From Epithemia pelagica (Eukaryota > Protista > Bacillariophyta): a DNA stretch of 64,000 bases. Below the pieces are notes generated by a model. It was not told the DNA's origin and searched no databases. It saw nothing but the letters and a program-made list of their open reading frames with translations. The position numbers and the translations under genes are program-made. The DNA is taken from the NCBI GenBank assembly GCA_946965045.2, contig OX337233.1:2604001-2668000 (forward strand), read 5' to 3'. Positions 10,318-20,039 of the stretch are shown one piece after another. The first letter of the stretch is position 1. Every line of letters starts with the position of its first letter.

Positions 10318-11988
10318 ATGGCATCAAGGCAAGGGAGCAGTAAGAAGAAGACACCACGAAAGAAAGAAGCACGTGATAGGAATTCAACGTACAGTTGCCA
10401 CAGACTAAAAGGGGGAGTCGTACTGTGGTGGATTCTCACTGCATGCGTGTGCTATGCCGTTGTATGGATCGTTACCTTTGCATTCCACGTGCACATTGTT
10501 GTGGACCATGGGCAACTCATTATTCAATTGATTCAGAACGACACCAGCATCGCCGCTGGATCGGAAGACTCGTATTTGACGCACTTTGGCACTCCAGTGG
10601 ATGTTGCGAAACGGAGTTTTATGCGGCGCCAACAACATGAGCAGCTTGCCAACAAACATCCAACCAGGCGACACCCACAATCAGCTCATATCAATTTTCT
10701 AGACAAAGAATTTCATCCCTTGGGTGACAAGAGAGATCATATTATACATTCGAGAGATGGCGGGCTGTATCGAATTGGGAGAGGTGGAATGCTTCAAAAA
10801 TTGTCCTCCAAGAAAACCACTACCCAAAACAGCACGATTCGTGACTCTTATGCACCCACGGGTGGTGCATTACCAGTACTGGAACGAGGTGTCTTTTCGG
10901 GAGATTCCTATCAACGTTTGGGGGAATGGCCAGAAGTGGATCAATTTCAATGTCTTAGAAAAAACACGTCAGATCCACAATCAGACCCTTATTTCGAATG
11001 GCAGAAACGAGCCCCGTACGTGATTATTCTCGGTGCCATGAAGGGGGGAACTCAGGCCTTGACGACACATTTGTGGCAACACGAACGATTTGTAAAGCAA
11101 GATGTCTCCACGGAGCTGCATTTCTTTGGTCATTTGGATTACCAACAATCCTCACGGGGCATTCCCATTGGTTCAAATCAAAAAGCCTACGCCTACCGAT
11201 TTCAAAAAAGTCACAGTGGCTTGTTTGACCCCCACACGCATCCGCCCCGCACCAGTGCCAAGCCGCACGTATTGGCGATTGACAGCACACCCTATTATCT
11301 GCTGATGAGCGACGTTGTGCCCCAAGCCATTTGTTGCGTGGCACCCTGGGCCAAGTTGGTGGCACTCCTACGAGACCCTGTGGACCGTATCTTATCCCAT
11401 TATCGGTATTTGCACGAATCTCGATGGCGTAGCGGCAAGGCCATGGTCGACTGGGATGCCTGGATTCATGCGGATTTGCAGTTGCTACGCGAAACCGGTG
11501 TTTGGCAAGATTGGACCAAGGTGGATTTTGACACCTTTTCTGGAAGTGTACAAGAGTTTCAAGCCTGGAAACGTTATGTCCATCATGAGCAGAATGTACA
11601 GTACGTTGTCGGAAGAGGCATGTATGCGATTCAGTTGGAGCATTACTACAAAGTGTGGGCCGCCTGTCCTCGCATGCAACAATATTCTCCCGATTCACCC
11701 CCGCTCAAGGCGGTGAAATCCGAAGAGTTTGCACGGAATACAAACCGTGTGTACAATGAGATTTTGAAGTTTTTGCAGCTGGATCCCGTGAATTTGACGG
11801 ATACGAAAGCCAAACACGAGACCATGAAACTGAGCAGCGAAATACCAATGCCGGCCCACATTCGACAAGAGTTGCAAGCCTTTTATCGACCTTACAATCA
11901 ACGACTGTACAAATTACTGAATTGGACGGCGTCGATGCAATGGCCCCTAACACCACAAGACGATTTCAAAAGCCAGGAGAAGCTGTGA
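10318..11988 (+). CDS. Type II membrane sulfotransferase (heparan-sulfate 3-O/N-sulfotransferase-like)
   Basis: N-terminal TM segment, 5'-PSB motif IILGAMKGGTQAL, 3'-PB motif LLRDPVDRILSHY, C-terminal FYRPYNQRLYKLL. Confidence 0.88.
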   Translation: MASRQGSSKKKTPRKKEARDRNSTYSCHRLKGGVVLWWILTACVCYAVVWIVTFAFHVHIVVDHGQLIIQLIQNDTSIAAGSEDSYLTHFGTPVDVAKRSFMRRQQHEQLANKHPTRRHPQSAHINFLDKEFHPLGDKRDHIIHSRDGGLYRIGRGGMLQKLSSKKTTTQNSTIRDSYAPTGGALPVLERGVFSGDSYQRLGEWPEVDQFQCLRKNTSDPQSDPYFEWQKRAPYVIILGAMKGGTQALTTHLWQHERFVKQDVSTELHFFGHLDYQQSSRGIPIGSNQKAYAYRFQKSHSGLFDPHTHPPRTSAKPHVLAIDSTPYYLLMSDVVPQAICCVAPWAKLVALLRDPVDRILSHYRYLHESRWRSGKAMVDWDAWIHADLQLLRETGVWQDWTKVDFDTFSGSVQEFQAWKRYVHHEQNVQYVVGRGMYAIQLEHYYKVWAACPRMQQYSPDSPPLKAVKSEEFARNTNRVYNEILKFLQLDPVNLTDTKAKHETMKLSSEIPMPAHIRQELQAFYRPYNQRLYKLLNWTASMQWPLTPQDDFKSQEKL

Positions 11989-12661
11989 TTTGTCGTTAAA
12001 GATCATATCTGTTGTGAACCTTATCACATTTTGCCATATCATTTTTACACTGTTCTGACTTTTTGTGTGAGAATGGGGCTTCCCCATGAGGATATCGAAC
12101 TCGTAGCGAGTTGGCCGGCAAACTCGCGTTGGCCCATGAGAATGTATGCTTGTGTTTAGCTTGTTGCGCCTGTCCCTTCCTAGTTCAAGCGCCTTACTCT
12201 TGAAGTTGTTTGCAGTGTTATGACCCAACCCAACGCATTGTCGCAGGGCAGGGTCACTTGAGACACTGAGATTTTTCTCAGTGCCACCTTTTAGAATAAT
12301 AAAATTGGTGGGGCATATCAATATCAAATCCAACAGACAGTTGGAGTCTTCCCAAAACGTTAGAATGGTTTGAGGGCGCACGCCCCAAACCCCAAACACC
12401 CAAAAAAGGAGATGCATCCAATCTTTGTTTCGATGGTTGACTCCGAAGGTCATCCTTTATAAGTTTGTGCTGAACTCTATCTATTCCACAGGGGAAACGA
12501 TCAAGCTCTTCTTGTGTTGTGACTTGTGACAAGGCAAATAATAGCAGCTCCACTTTCCACACATTACTGTGACGTGCAATCCATCCCTCTCTGTCAAACA
12601 GCAACCCCATTTCACCTTTGTGTCATTCGAGTTCGCCTCTAGAACTTGAGGTTATTTCACA

Positions 12662-14842
12662 ATGTTAAAGCGTGTCGGGTCGAGAAGGAAAGTGAACTCA
12701 CCGGGTATTGGGGAAGCATCACCCACAAGCTCCAAAGAAAATGTCAAGGTTGGAGCGGGCGACAAGTTACCCGATGCCGGTTTGAATGACACCATTGCAT
12801 CCAACGATCATGAACGACTCATCAAGGCCGCAGTAGCACGATCCAAATCCTCTTCCCGATTGTTTGGACGCGGTCGACGAGGATTTACCGAAGAAAAATT
12901 GGCTCCCAAACAGGGTGGCAGCAGTAGTGGTACCGGAAGCGCGCCCTCACGAGGTGTACGTCGCCATCATTCGACCGACGCCGCGAAAGCACTCGCCGGT
13001 GAGTCCAGTGCCAGTGGTTCGGCACCGTTTGAATACAGAGAAGTCGTAGTCAATGGAAAGAAAAAGAAGGTTCGTGTCAAAAAGAAGAGTGCTGCGGAAG
13101 CGGCGGCCGATGGCGATGGACACCGCAAACTGGTCAAAGTCAAGGTGAAGCAGGTCATGAAAAAACATACACAACAACAAAATGAGCTTCAGAATTCGGT
13201 TCCCATCAAGGTGGGGATTCCGGCCAATCATCAATTGCGCAAACCATCCACGGCGCAGTCCTCCAAGTACATGCAGGCTTCGGACAATGTCTCAGGTGTA
13301 TGGTCCAAGGCCGCTCGGTCCATTTTCTCCTTTGGCAATGATAAACGAAGTAAAGCGTCATCCGGAGGTGATCCGGAGGAAATGGATTTGGTCTTTGAGC
13401 CTGAAGCAGGAGGAGAACGACAAAAGGAAGAGAATGAAGAAGAACCGGTCCATGCGCAAGGACACGACGACACGGGCAAGCCATCGATGGATGCTGCACC
13501 AGAAACACCCGAAGGAGTCAAGCCAACCCTTTCCAAGGGCTACAAACCTCCAACTCAGTTGAATGGAGAGCCTGGATTACTGCAGGCCAAGAAGAAAGAA
13601 GCTCCTCCAACAGAGACTGGGAACGAAGCAAACAACAACAAAAATGAGACCAAATCGGTCAAGAAAGACGCTCCCGTTTCACCAAGACAACCAGAGTTCT
13701 TTGCACGCTACGTTGCTGGTCCAGGTGCTGGTGGGGACTATGATTTGCAAGACGGCCCACCCATGGAAATTCATACCAATGCCATGACAAAGACCAAATC
13801 GAAATCGGTTTTTCAATCGGAATCCATGATCCGCCGCCAGTTTATCCAAGACCAGTGGCTTTCGGGTGGGTCCAACTATCAGGTATGGGAAAAGGCGGCT
13901 GCCAACAACCTGATTGACATGTCGGTTGTCACGTCCGTCACTGAGTGTACGACGGATGTTTCCACCAAAGACCCTACGAGCGACGGTGAAGATGCCATGG
14001 ACGACGACGTATCCGAGATCACACACGAAGACCTTGTCCCCGATATGCTCATGGAAGTCAAGCAGACCAACGAATTGGAACTCTGGGAAGCCTTGTGTGC
14101 CCATCGAATAAATCTCTTTGGCCCTCGCAGTGCCTTGACGGCGGAATCGTTTGTGAATCGCGGCATTGCTCAGTTACAGGCCGGACGTCTGGAAGAGGCA
14201 GCCGATTCCTTGTTGAGTGCAGTCTGTTTCCTCGAAGAAGTTCATGGCACCATTGATCACACCGATCGCAATGGCAATGGTGGAGCACCACCCCATATGC
14301 ACATGGCACAAGCCTTTTACTTCCTCGGCAAGGTTTACATGTTGCAGGAACAGTATCCCATGGCAGAATCGGCCTTTTACAAGGCGCTCAACATTCGCCA
14401 ACAACATTTGGGCAAGGTCCATCCGGATGCGGTGGAATGTTGGGAACAAATAGGCTTGTCGTATGTTCAACGAGCCGATCAGGCCCAGGGAGAGGAACGA
14501 CAGATCTTGGAACGACGGGCCATGGATATCTTATCACAGGTGTTGAAGTTGAAACGTGCCATTTTCGGATCGATTGATGTCTCGGTTGCGCGAACGGCTC
14601 GTGCCGTGGCCAAATTATGCGCCATTCGCAACGAATCGGAACGGGCCCAGCGATTGTACAAACAAGTCCTGAATGTGCTGGCTCAAATGGATAAGGATCT
14701 TACTTCCATGATCAATCCAGACTTTCCTGATCCACGTGATGTGGCCAAACATAAGGAACGGAAACGAGAACTCACCAGCATTGAAGAGGAAATGAGACGG
14801 TACGGCGTCAAGGAGGTCAAGGAGGAAATTCTGGAGATCTAA
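12662..14842 (+). CDS. Protein with a low-complexity N-terminus and C-terminal TPR repeats (kinesin-light-chain-like)
   Basis: 726-aa ORF with helical repeats such as AFYFLGKVYMLQEQYPMAESAFYKALNIRQQHLGKVHPD. Confidence 0.8.
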   Translation: MLKRVGSRRKVNSPGIGEASPTSSKENVKVGAGDKLPDAGLNDTIASNDHERLIKAAVARSKSSSRLFGRGRRGFTEEKLAPKQGGSSSGTGSAPSRGVRRHHSTDAAKALAGESSASGSAPFEYREVVVNGKKKKVRVKKKSAAEAAADGDGHRKLVKVKVKQVMKKHTQQQNELQNSVPIKVGIPANHQLRKPSTAQSSKYMQASDNVSGVWSKAARSIFSFGNDKRSKASSGGDPEEMDLVFEPEAGGERQKEENEEEPVHAQGHDDTGKPSMDAAPETPEGVKPTLSKGYKPPTQLNGEPGLLQAKKKEAPPTETGNEANNNKNETKSVKKDAPVSPRQPEFFARYVAGPGAGGDYDLQDGPPMEIHTNAMTKTKSKSVFQSESMIRRQFIQDQWLSGGSNYQVWEKAAANNLIDMSVVTSVTECTTDVSTKDPTSDGEDAMDDDVSEITHEDLVPDMLMEVKQTNELELWEALCAHRINLFGPRSALTAESFVNRGIAQLQAGRLEEAADSLLSAVCFLEEVHGTIDHTDRNGNGGAPPHMHMAQAFYFLGKVYMLQEQYPMAESAFYKALNIRQQHLGKVHPDAVECWEQIGLSYVQRADQAQGEERQILERRAMDILSQVLKLKRAIFGSIDVSVARTARAVAKLCAIRNESERAQRLYKQVLNVLAQMDKDLTSMINPDFPDPRDVAKHKERKRELTSIEEEMRRYGVKEVKEEILEI

Positions 14843-15178
14843 ATGAAGCCAAAATCGATATTCGATCTTCCTTTTCATGCAGGGTTCACCCGACCACATA
14901 CCTGGAGCGATATGAATGAAACGCTCAAAGCAGAAATTCTCGCAAATTGCTTTGTTCCTACAGCCCAAACCGGACGCACACGTTGTTTAAGGCCTACCTT
15001 ACAGTATTGCAACAGTTCCCATTTTAAAAACCCCTCTATGATAACACTGTGGTTGCTACTACATATATCTCGCCAGATGCAAACTTCATTTTTGCGTCTG
15101 TTACATGAAATGTAGGTCCAGAGCAAATCTCCCCCCATACAAAAATTCTGCTGTCGTTGTTTTCCATAAAAGAGCCCT

Positions 15179-17452
15179 CTACTCTTCGGCGCTGATGGCG
15201 TACAAGAAATCTCGCGGTTTCAAGGATGACGACACGACGGAATGCATGGGGCATTCTTCTATTAATCGGGCCAGGGTTCTTTCAATCAGCGACAATGGAT
15301 GGTTCTCCATTGGATTCGGTGGTGGTTTGGAATGTCCTTCAGTCGAAACACGTGGTGGTGACCTTGAGTGGATGCTGCTTGTTTCAGTGGCCCATCGATC
15401 GTTGGAAGAAGTATTTGCCGTTGATGTTCTTGTGGAAGTACCTGCAACGATGGCTGTATCCTGAATTGCTCGTGGCTGAGATGGTGGAGGGACCGGAGAC
15501 GCTTGTCGCGATTCCAACAGTAAGGGCAGCGTCACCATGAGGCGTGGATTCGCATCGATGGACACAACTTTTTGTCGTTTCATCACGGTCGGTGACGTCT
15601 TTTCCGCTTCCTTGTAGGCTACTTCAATTTCCTTGTCATTGGCATCTTCCAAAGCGATTGGCTGAGCCGCATTCTCCTTGTCGTCCGTCGGTGATTGTGG
15701 TTCCGACCTTGAAGTTCCAGGAGCGTTGGCCAAAGTTGCTGGTTGTGTCTCAAACGGGTTGGTCACATTGGAAGTCGTCGATTCCTGAGTGTAGGGATCC
15801 AACGCAGCAGATTCCGACACCAATGCTTGTGTATCGAGTGGAGCAGCTGGAGAATTCACCTCCTCTGACTCTGTTGGCTTTGTAGTGCTGGGATCTTCCA
15901 TTAACGAATATTTTCTTTTCCTGCCAGGAGCCGCAACGTCCATAAAGCCAAAGTCACTGTCATCGTCTTCTTCGTTGTCGTCAACTTGCTGTCCTGGGCG
16001 TTGTTCACGTTGAGCTTTTGTAGTATTTACGGAGAGTTCCTTTTCTGGATTGGGTTCACCAGAGTCTTTTGGACTGCTCGTCATTGCATCGCGAGGGAGA
16101 ACCTCGGGAGGTTGAGATACCAACATGGACTCAATGCCCATGTCGTCATCGTCTTCTTCCTCCTTCTCTCCTCCACTCTCTGGTTGCTCCGTCTCCAACA
16201 TTGAAATTCGATCCACGACATGGTGGTTGTTGTTGTTACTGGAAGCCTCGGGTTGGACTGTCTCAAGAGTTGGACCCTTTGACAATGCCTGGTTGTGAAC
16301 CTTGGTGTTGTTCGGTTTCTTATAGGGGTTAGGGATTCGTCGAGTGGTATGATCCCGTACAGTAGCATCCAAATTCGATGCGGGTGGTCGTTGGATCGTT
16401 GCACAAGTCGCTGCAGCGTTTGTTTGTAGTCGAGCGCCTTTCGGATTGGTTGTATCTCGGTCCACACCTGGGTGGTGGGTGGATCGTAAGCGTGTTGTCT
16501 CCTTGGATGGAGGAGGTTCGGATGGCGCATGCAGGGCTGGGGCTAACTTGCGTTTGGCCGAGACGACGTGGTTCGAGATTGCCTGCAACAGACTGGGACT
16601 CTGGAATACCTTGGAAATGTCTCCCATGTGCACCGTGGAGGACGACGACCGAGAACCCGTGGGTTTGTTGTTGGTGGTTGTTGTCGTTCGAGGCGAGCGT
16701 TCTTCGCGGGTGTCCGCCGCAACTACGAGGGGAGGGGAGCCCGGTGGATCGGGAGATGCCAGAGTCCTCCTCCTCCTTTTCTGCGGGTTGGGACTTGGTA
16801 GTGAACCCTGCAAGTGCCATCGTACTTGGTTCCAATCATGCTGAAACTCGAGCATGCATTGTTTGACCCGTGTACAGAGTTCGACCGACAAGGGATTCTT
16901 GACAGTCCCAAAGCCGTGTCCACCCCATACCGTGACCTTGTGGATATACAAACACAAGGAATCCTTCTTCTTGCCGTTGTGGTTGAGGTGGTTGTTTGGG
17001 AGGCCCCGGCGGATGGATCGAGGGGCTGCCTCGTCGGTTGGAGGCAATCCTCCTTGTTGTTGTTCTTGTTGCCATGCTTGTTGCTGGGTCATGACGAGCC
17101 ATTTTTGGAGACACACCAAACAGCCGGAGGATGCATGTTGTCGTTCCAACTCCAACTGTGCCGACGAGGATAAGACGCCACGAATGAAATGTGTGCCATC
17201 CGAGAGACGCAACCACCAACGGCCAGTAGTAGTAGTCGTCGAAGTGTCGCTATCTGCATTGCTGGAACCCTTTACTTTTTCCATTTCAATGATTTGTGCC
17301 ACGACGGCTTCTTCCTGGAGTGGCATCCGAGTGGTTGTCAGCGTGTTCCCACTTGTTGTTGTTGTTGCATCACGTCGTGATTGCAAGGACTGGACGACGG
17401 CTGCTTCAATCCATGGCTCTTGTGCCGTCGAACCCGACAAAAAACTACTCAT
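15179..17452 (-). CDS. N-terminal OB-fold protein, TPP1/Est3-like, with a long disordered C-terminus
   Basis: 757-aa ORF. EPWIE...AQIIEM...LRLSDGTHFIRGVLS...GCLVCLQ...LYIHKV matches the order of TPP1 OB elements. The remainder is S/T/P/E-rich. Confidence 0.6.
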   Translation of the reverse strand: MSSFLSGSTAQEPWIEAAVVQSLQSRRDATTTTSGNTLTTTRMPLQEEAVVAQIIEMEKVKGSSNADSDTSTTTTTGRWWLRLSDGTHFIRGVLSSSAQLELERQHASSGCLVCLQKWLVMTQQQAWQQEQQQGGLPPTDEAAPRSIRRGLPNNHLNHNGKKKDSLCLYIHKVTVWGGHGFGTVKNPLSVELCTRVKQCMLEFQHDWNQVRWHLQGSLPSPNPQKRRRRTLASPDPPGSPPLVVAADTREERSPRTTTTTNNKPTGSRSSSSTVHMGDISKVFQSPSLLQAISNHVVSAKRKLAPALHAPSEPPPSKETTRLRSTHHPGVDRDTTNPKGARLQTNAAATCATIQRPPASNLDATVRDHTTRRIPNPYKKPNNTKVHNQALSKGPTLETVQPEASSNNNNHHVVDRISMLETEQPESGGEKEEEDDDDMGIESMLVSQPPEVLPRDAMTSSPKDSGEPNPEKELSVNTTKAQREQRPGQQVDDNEEDDDSDFGFMDVAAPGRKRKYSLMEDPSTTKPTESEEVNSPAAPLDTQALVSESAALDPYTQESTTSNVTNPFETQPATLANAPGTSRSEPQSPTDDKENAAQPIALEDANDKEIEVAYKEAEKTSPTVMKRQKVVSIDANPRLMVTLPLLLESRQASPVPPPSQPRAIQDTAIVAGTSTRTSTANTSSNDRWATETSSIHSRSPPRVSTEGHSKPPPNPMENHPLSLIERTLARLIEECPMHSVVSSSLKPRDFLYAISAEE

Positions 17453-17755
17453 GATTCGTCTCCTTTCGAATCACAAACGGAGATTCTGGTGCGTTCTTTC
17501 TTTCTTGTCTTTTTCATGGACAATCACCGCCTTGGAAGCCCTGTTGCAGCATGACAGCAAATGCTCATCCAGCAGATTGGGGCAATAAAAAAATGCTCAT
17601 CGAAAACACTCCTGAGCGTTAGCGTAGTTTCGAGAAAAAATCTCAACACCCACAACAGCAACAACAACCATGTAGAATGTGTACCTTACCTTTTGCTCGT
17701 TCGAGACGAATCGCAGCAACCACCAGGACAGCACAAGCGTTGCTACTGTCTGACC

Positions 17756-19579
17756 ATGGGAGACGGGGTTGCTCCGGTGAGGCCGATGAGCTTGAGTCAA
17801 CATAGCGGTGTGGACACGACGCTACGAGATTGGTTTTATTTTGATACGAAATATATCCGTTCCCCGGCGACGTTGGTCGATCCCAAATCCATGGACGAGG
17901 GCTTTGTGTCTACGGTGATGACTTGGTTGAAGAAGTCAACAAATGAGAGTCAATTACAGCAAGGCTTGTTCAACTCAATGGCTCGTTTGTCGACGATTAC
18001 CGTTCCTGCTGAATCCAAGAGGCTGCCGAAGGAAAACGAACAAACTTTCTTTAGCAAGCTTGTAAATGCCATGTATCCAGCTTCGTACCAAGAGAAGGAC
18101 ATGAGAAGTCTTCTGGATTCGTACGCTACGGATCATCTCTCTTCATTAGTCGGTGACGAATCTCTTGAGAAAATGAAAGGCGTCCAACCGGGACTCTTCC
18201 TTCGAGCAACCTCTCGACCCGATTTGTGCGTCATTGTCCAAGATGCCACCGACTCGGACGGTGCAGATATCGCCATTGGCGAGGTCAAGAATGACGACAA
18301 GTACAGTGTGAGAGATGCTGTGACACAAACCGGTGCATACTTGATGCTCCTCCTCTATTGGTGGAGAGCAGTCGTGGGTCGTGACGTTTCTTCGGTTCAC
18401 GGATTCACAGTGGGTGGCCCGTATTGCCGTAATCTCAAGCAGCAGCGAAAACGAAATAGATGTGGCAGTTCGAAATGTCAAGCACAGTATTCCGTCTGCT
18501 TATTGGAATTGTCTGCTTCAAAGGACCTAGGAGGCATACCTTGTCTCACCTGTTTCCAGGAGACTTGCTCGCTGAATGATGACTCAGCGGTTCGCCATCT
18601 TTGCCAGTTTCTCATGAACCGACAAATGTGGGGTCAAAAGACTACCACAGTCATACCAAACCCCTGCCCGGCATTCTTTTCGGCACAAGCAAACTTTGCT
18701 TCGAAACTTCCCGGCAAAAATTGGACGCTAGTACAGAACGGCACGACAGCTCTTGTCTTCAAATGTCGTGGAAAGCAGGGAGTCATGGAAGTATTACAAA
18801 TGGCAAATGACCAGATTTGTAGTCGTTTTTTTCAATTGTGGAGTAAATACCTGGACGAACAAGAGAATAAGGGTGATTCAGAAAAGCCAGTGTTCTATGT
18901 AAAGGTTGTCACTGCGGCTACCGACCCGAATTTCATGAAGGTCTTGTATAGCCTCCGGGGGGACGCAAAGATTCTCAACGACGAAGATTTCTTGCGTACG
19001 TATCCAGTGGATCCCATCATGGGACATACGTGCTATTTCTTGTTAATGGCACATCGCGGTGCTCGGATTGATACATCCTTTCATTGGACATACGTGCTAT
19101 TTCTTGTTAATCGCGGTGCTCGGATTGATACATCCTTGAGTTGGAAGGGTGATGAGCTTCAAAAGATGTTTCATCGTCTTTGGACACAAACCACCGCATT
19201 GAGCGAGATGGCGTGGCTTCAACATGGGGACATTGCCAGGCACAACATTTTGCTTGAACACGATGTCAACGATGGTGACCGCCGCCTCGTCCTCATCGAC
19301 TGGGATGAGGCACGTCTCCACCCAAAGTCGAGAGTATCGCAAGGTGATGAGTACTTGCGTCTTCAACACCCCGAGCTCTTGAGAAGCAAGCCTTTACTGT
19401 ACACAAAGGTGCAACTAGCACTTTTATGCTGGGACTTGGTTGGGTCAAAGGGTTCTAATGATGCATGCTCTGGGCTACAAGACTACGCGACTTGTTTGAG
19501 AGAAGATGACGGGAGGTCGATCGTCGAAAATGCAGAAAAGTTCGTGTCAAACACTGAAGTCCAGTTTCAGAGATGCTGA
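17756..19579 (+). CDS. Crinkler/CR-type PD-(D/E)xK endonuclease-fold plus protein kinase
   Basis: Intronless (frame open from 17561; likely ATG at 17756). SRPDLCV...IAIGEVK nuclease motif; kinase catalytic loop HGDIARHNIL and VLIDWD. Confidence 0.7.
   Translation: MGDGVAPVRPMSLSQHSGVDTTLRDWFYFDTKYIRSPATLVDPKSMDEGFVSTVMTWLKKSTNESQLQQGLFNSMARLSTITVPAESKRLPKENEQTFFSKLVNAMYPASYQEKDMRSLLDSYATDHLSSLVGDESLEKMKGVQPGLFLRATSRPDLCVIVQDATDSDGADIAIGEVKNDDKYSVRDAVTQTGAYLMLLLYWWRAVVGRDVSSVHGFTVGGPYCRNLKQQRKRNRCGSSKCQAQYSVCLLELSASKDLGGIPCLTCFQETCSLNDDSAVRHLCQFLMNRQMWGQKTTTVIPNPCPAFFSAQANFASKLPGKNWTLVQNGTTALVFKCRGKQGVMEVLQMANDQICSRFFQLWSKYLDEQENKGDSEKPVFYVKVVTAATDPNFMKVLYSLRGDAKILNDEDFLRTYPVDPIMGHTCYFLLMAHRGARIDTSFHWTYVLFLVNRGARIDTSLSWKGDELQKMFHRLWTQTTALSEMAWLQHGDIARHNILLEHDVNDGDRRLVLIDWDEARLHPKSRVSQGDEYLRLQHPELLRSKPLLYTKVQLALLCWDLVGSKGSNDACSGLQDYATCLREDDGRSIVENAEKFVSNTEVQFQRC
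19022..19137 (+). repeat. Intragenic tandem duplication (64-nt unit; second copy has a 7-nt deletion)
   Basis: GGACATACGTGCTATTTCTTGTTAAT at 19022 and 19086; CGCGGTGCTCGGATTGATACATCCTT at 19055 and 19112. Confidence 0.9.
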
Positions 19580-20039
19580 AACACCTGGTAATGGTATGTT
19601 GTATATTGTGAGAAGCCAATCTAAATTAATATCTTCAGTGTGTATTGCCTAATCGCTAGGTAAAATCCACTGAACGGAAAATGACTACAACTTTCGAAGT
19701 TGTCGGCACATTCGTAGGGATACGCTTATTTACAATCATCCAACTATTACTCCTTGCATAGATTGGGGTGGTTTCTGCCAAATGCTGCCAGTTCATGTGC
19801 AAACAGACGACAAAAAGGCGATGTCCACCATTTCCATCCTAAATATCAGAATGCTGCCCGCCGGGCAACGGTCTTTTAAAAGCGACCCAAGCGCTTTTCC
19901 ATGATGACATCAAAATGGAGTCAGGCACGTCATTCTCCATTCCATTCCATACCAATCATCAAACATCTTGTTATATCCACAAGCCGCGGTTGGGATCGTT
20001 TTGTTCTATCAAGTCGCATATCGGAAAAGTGGTAATGAG

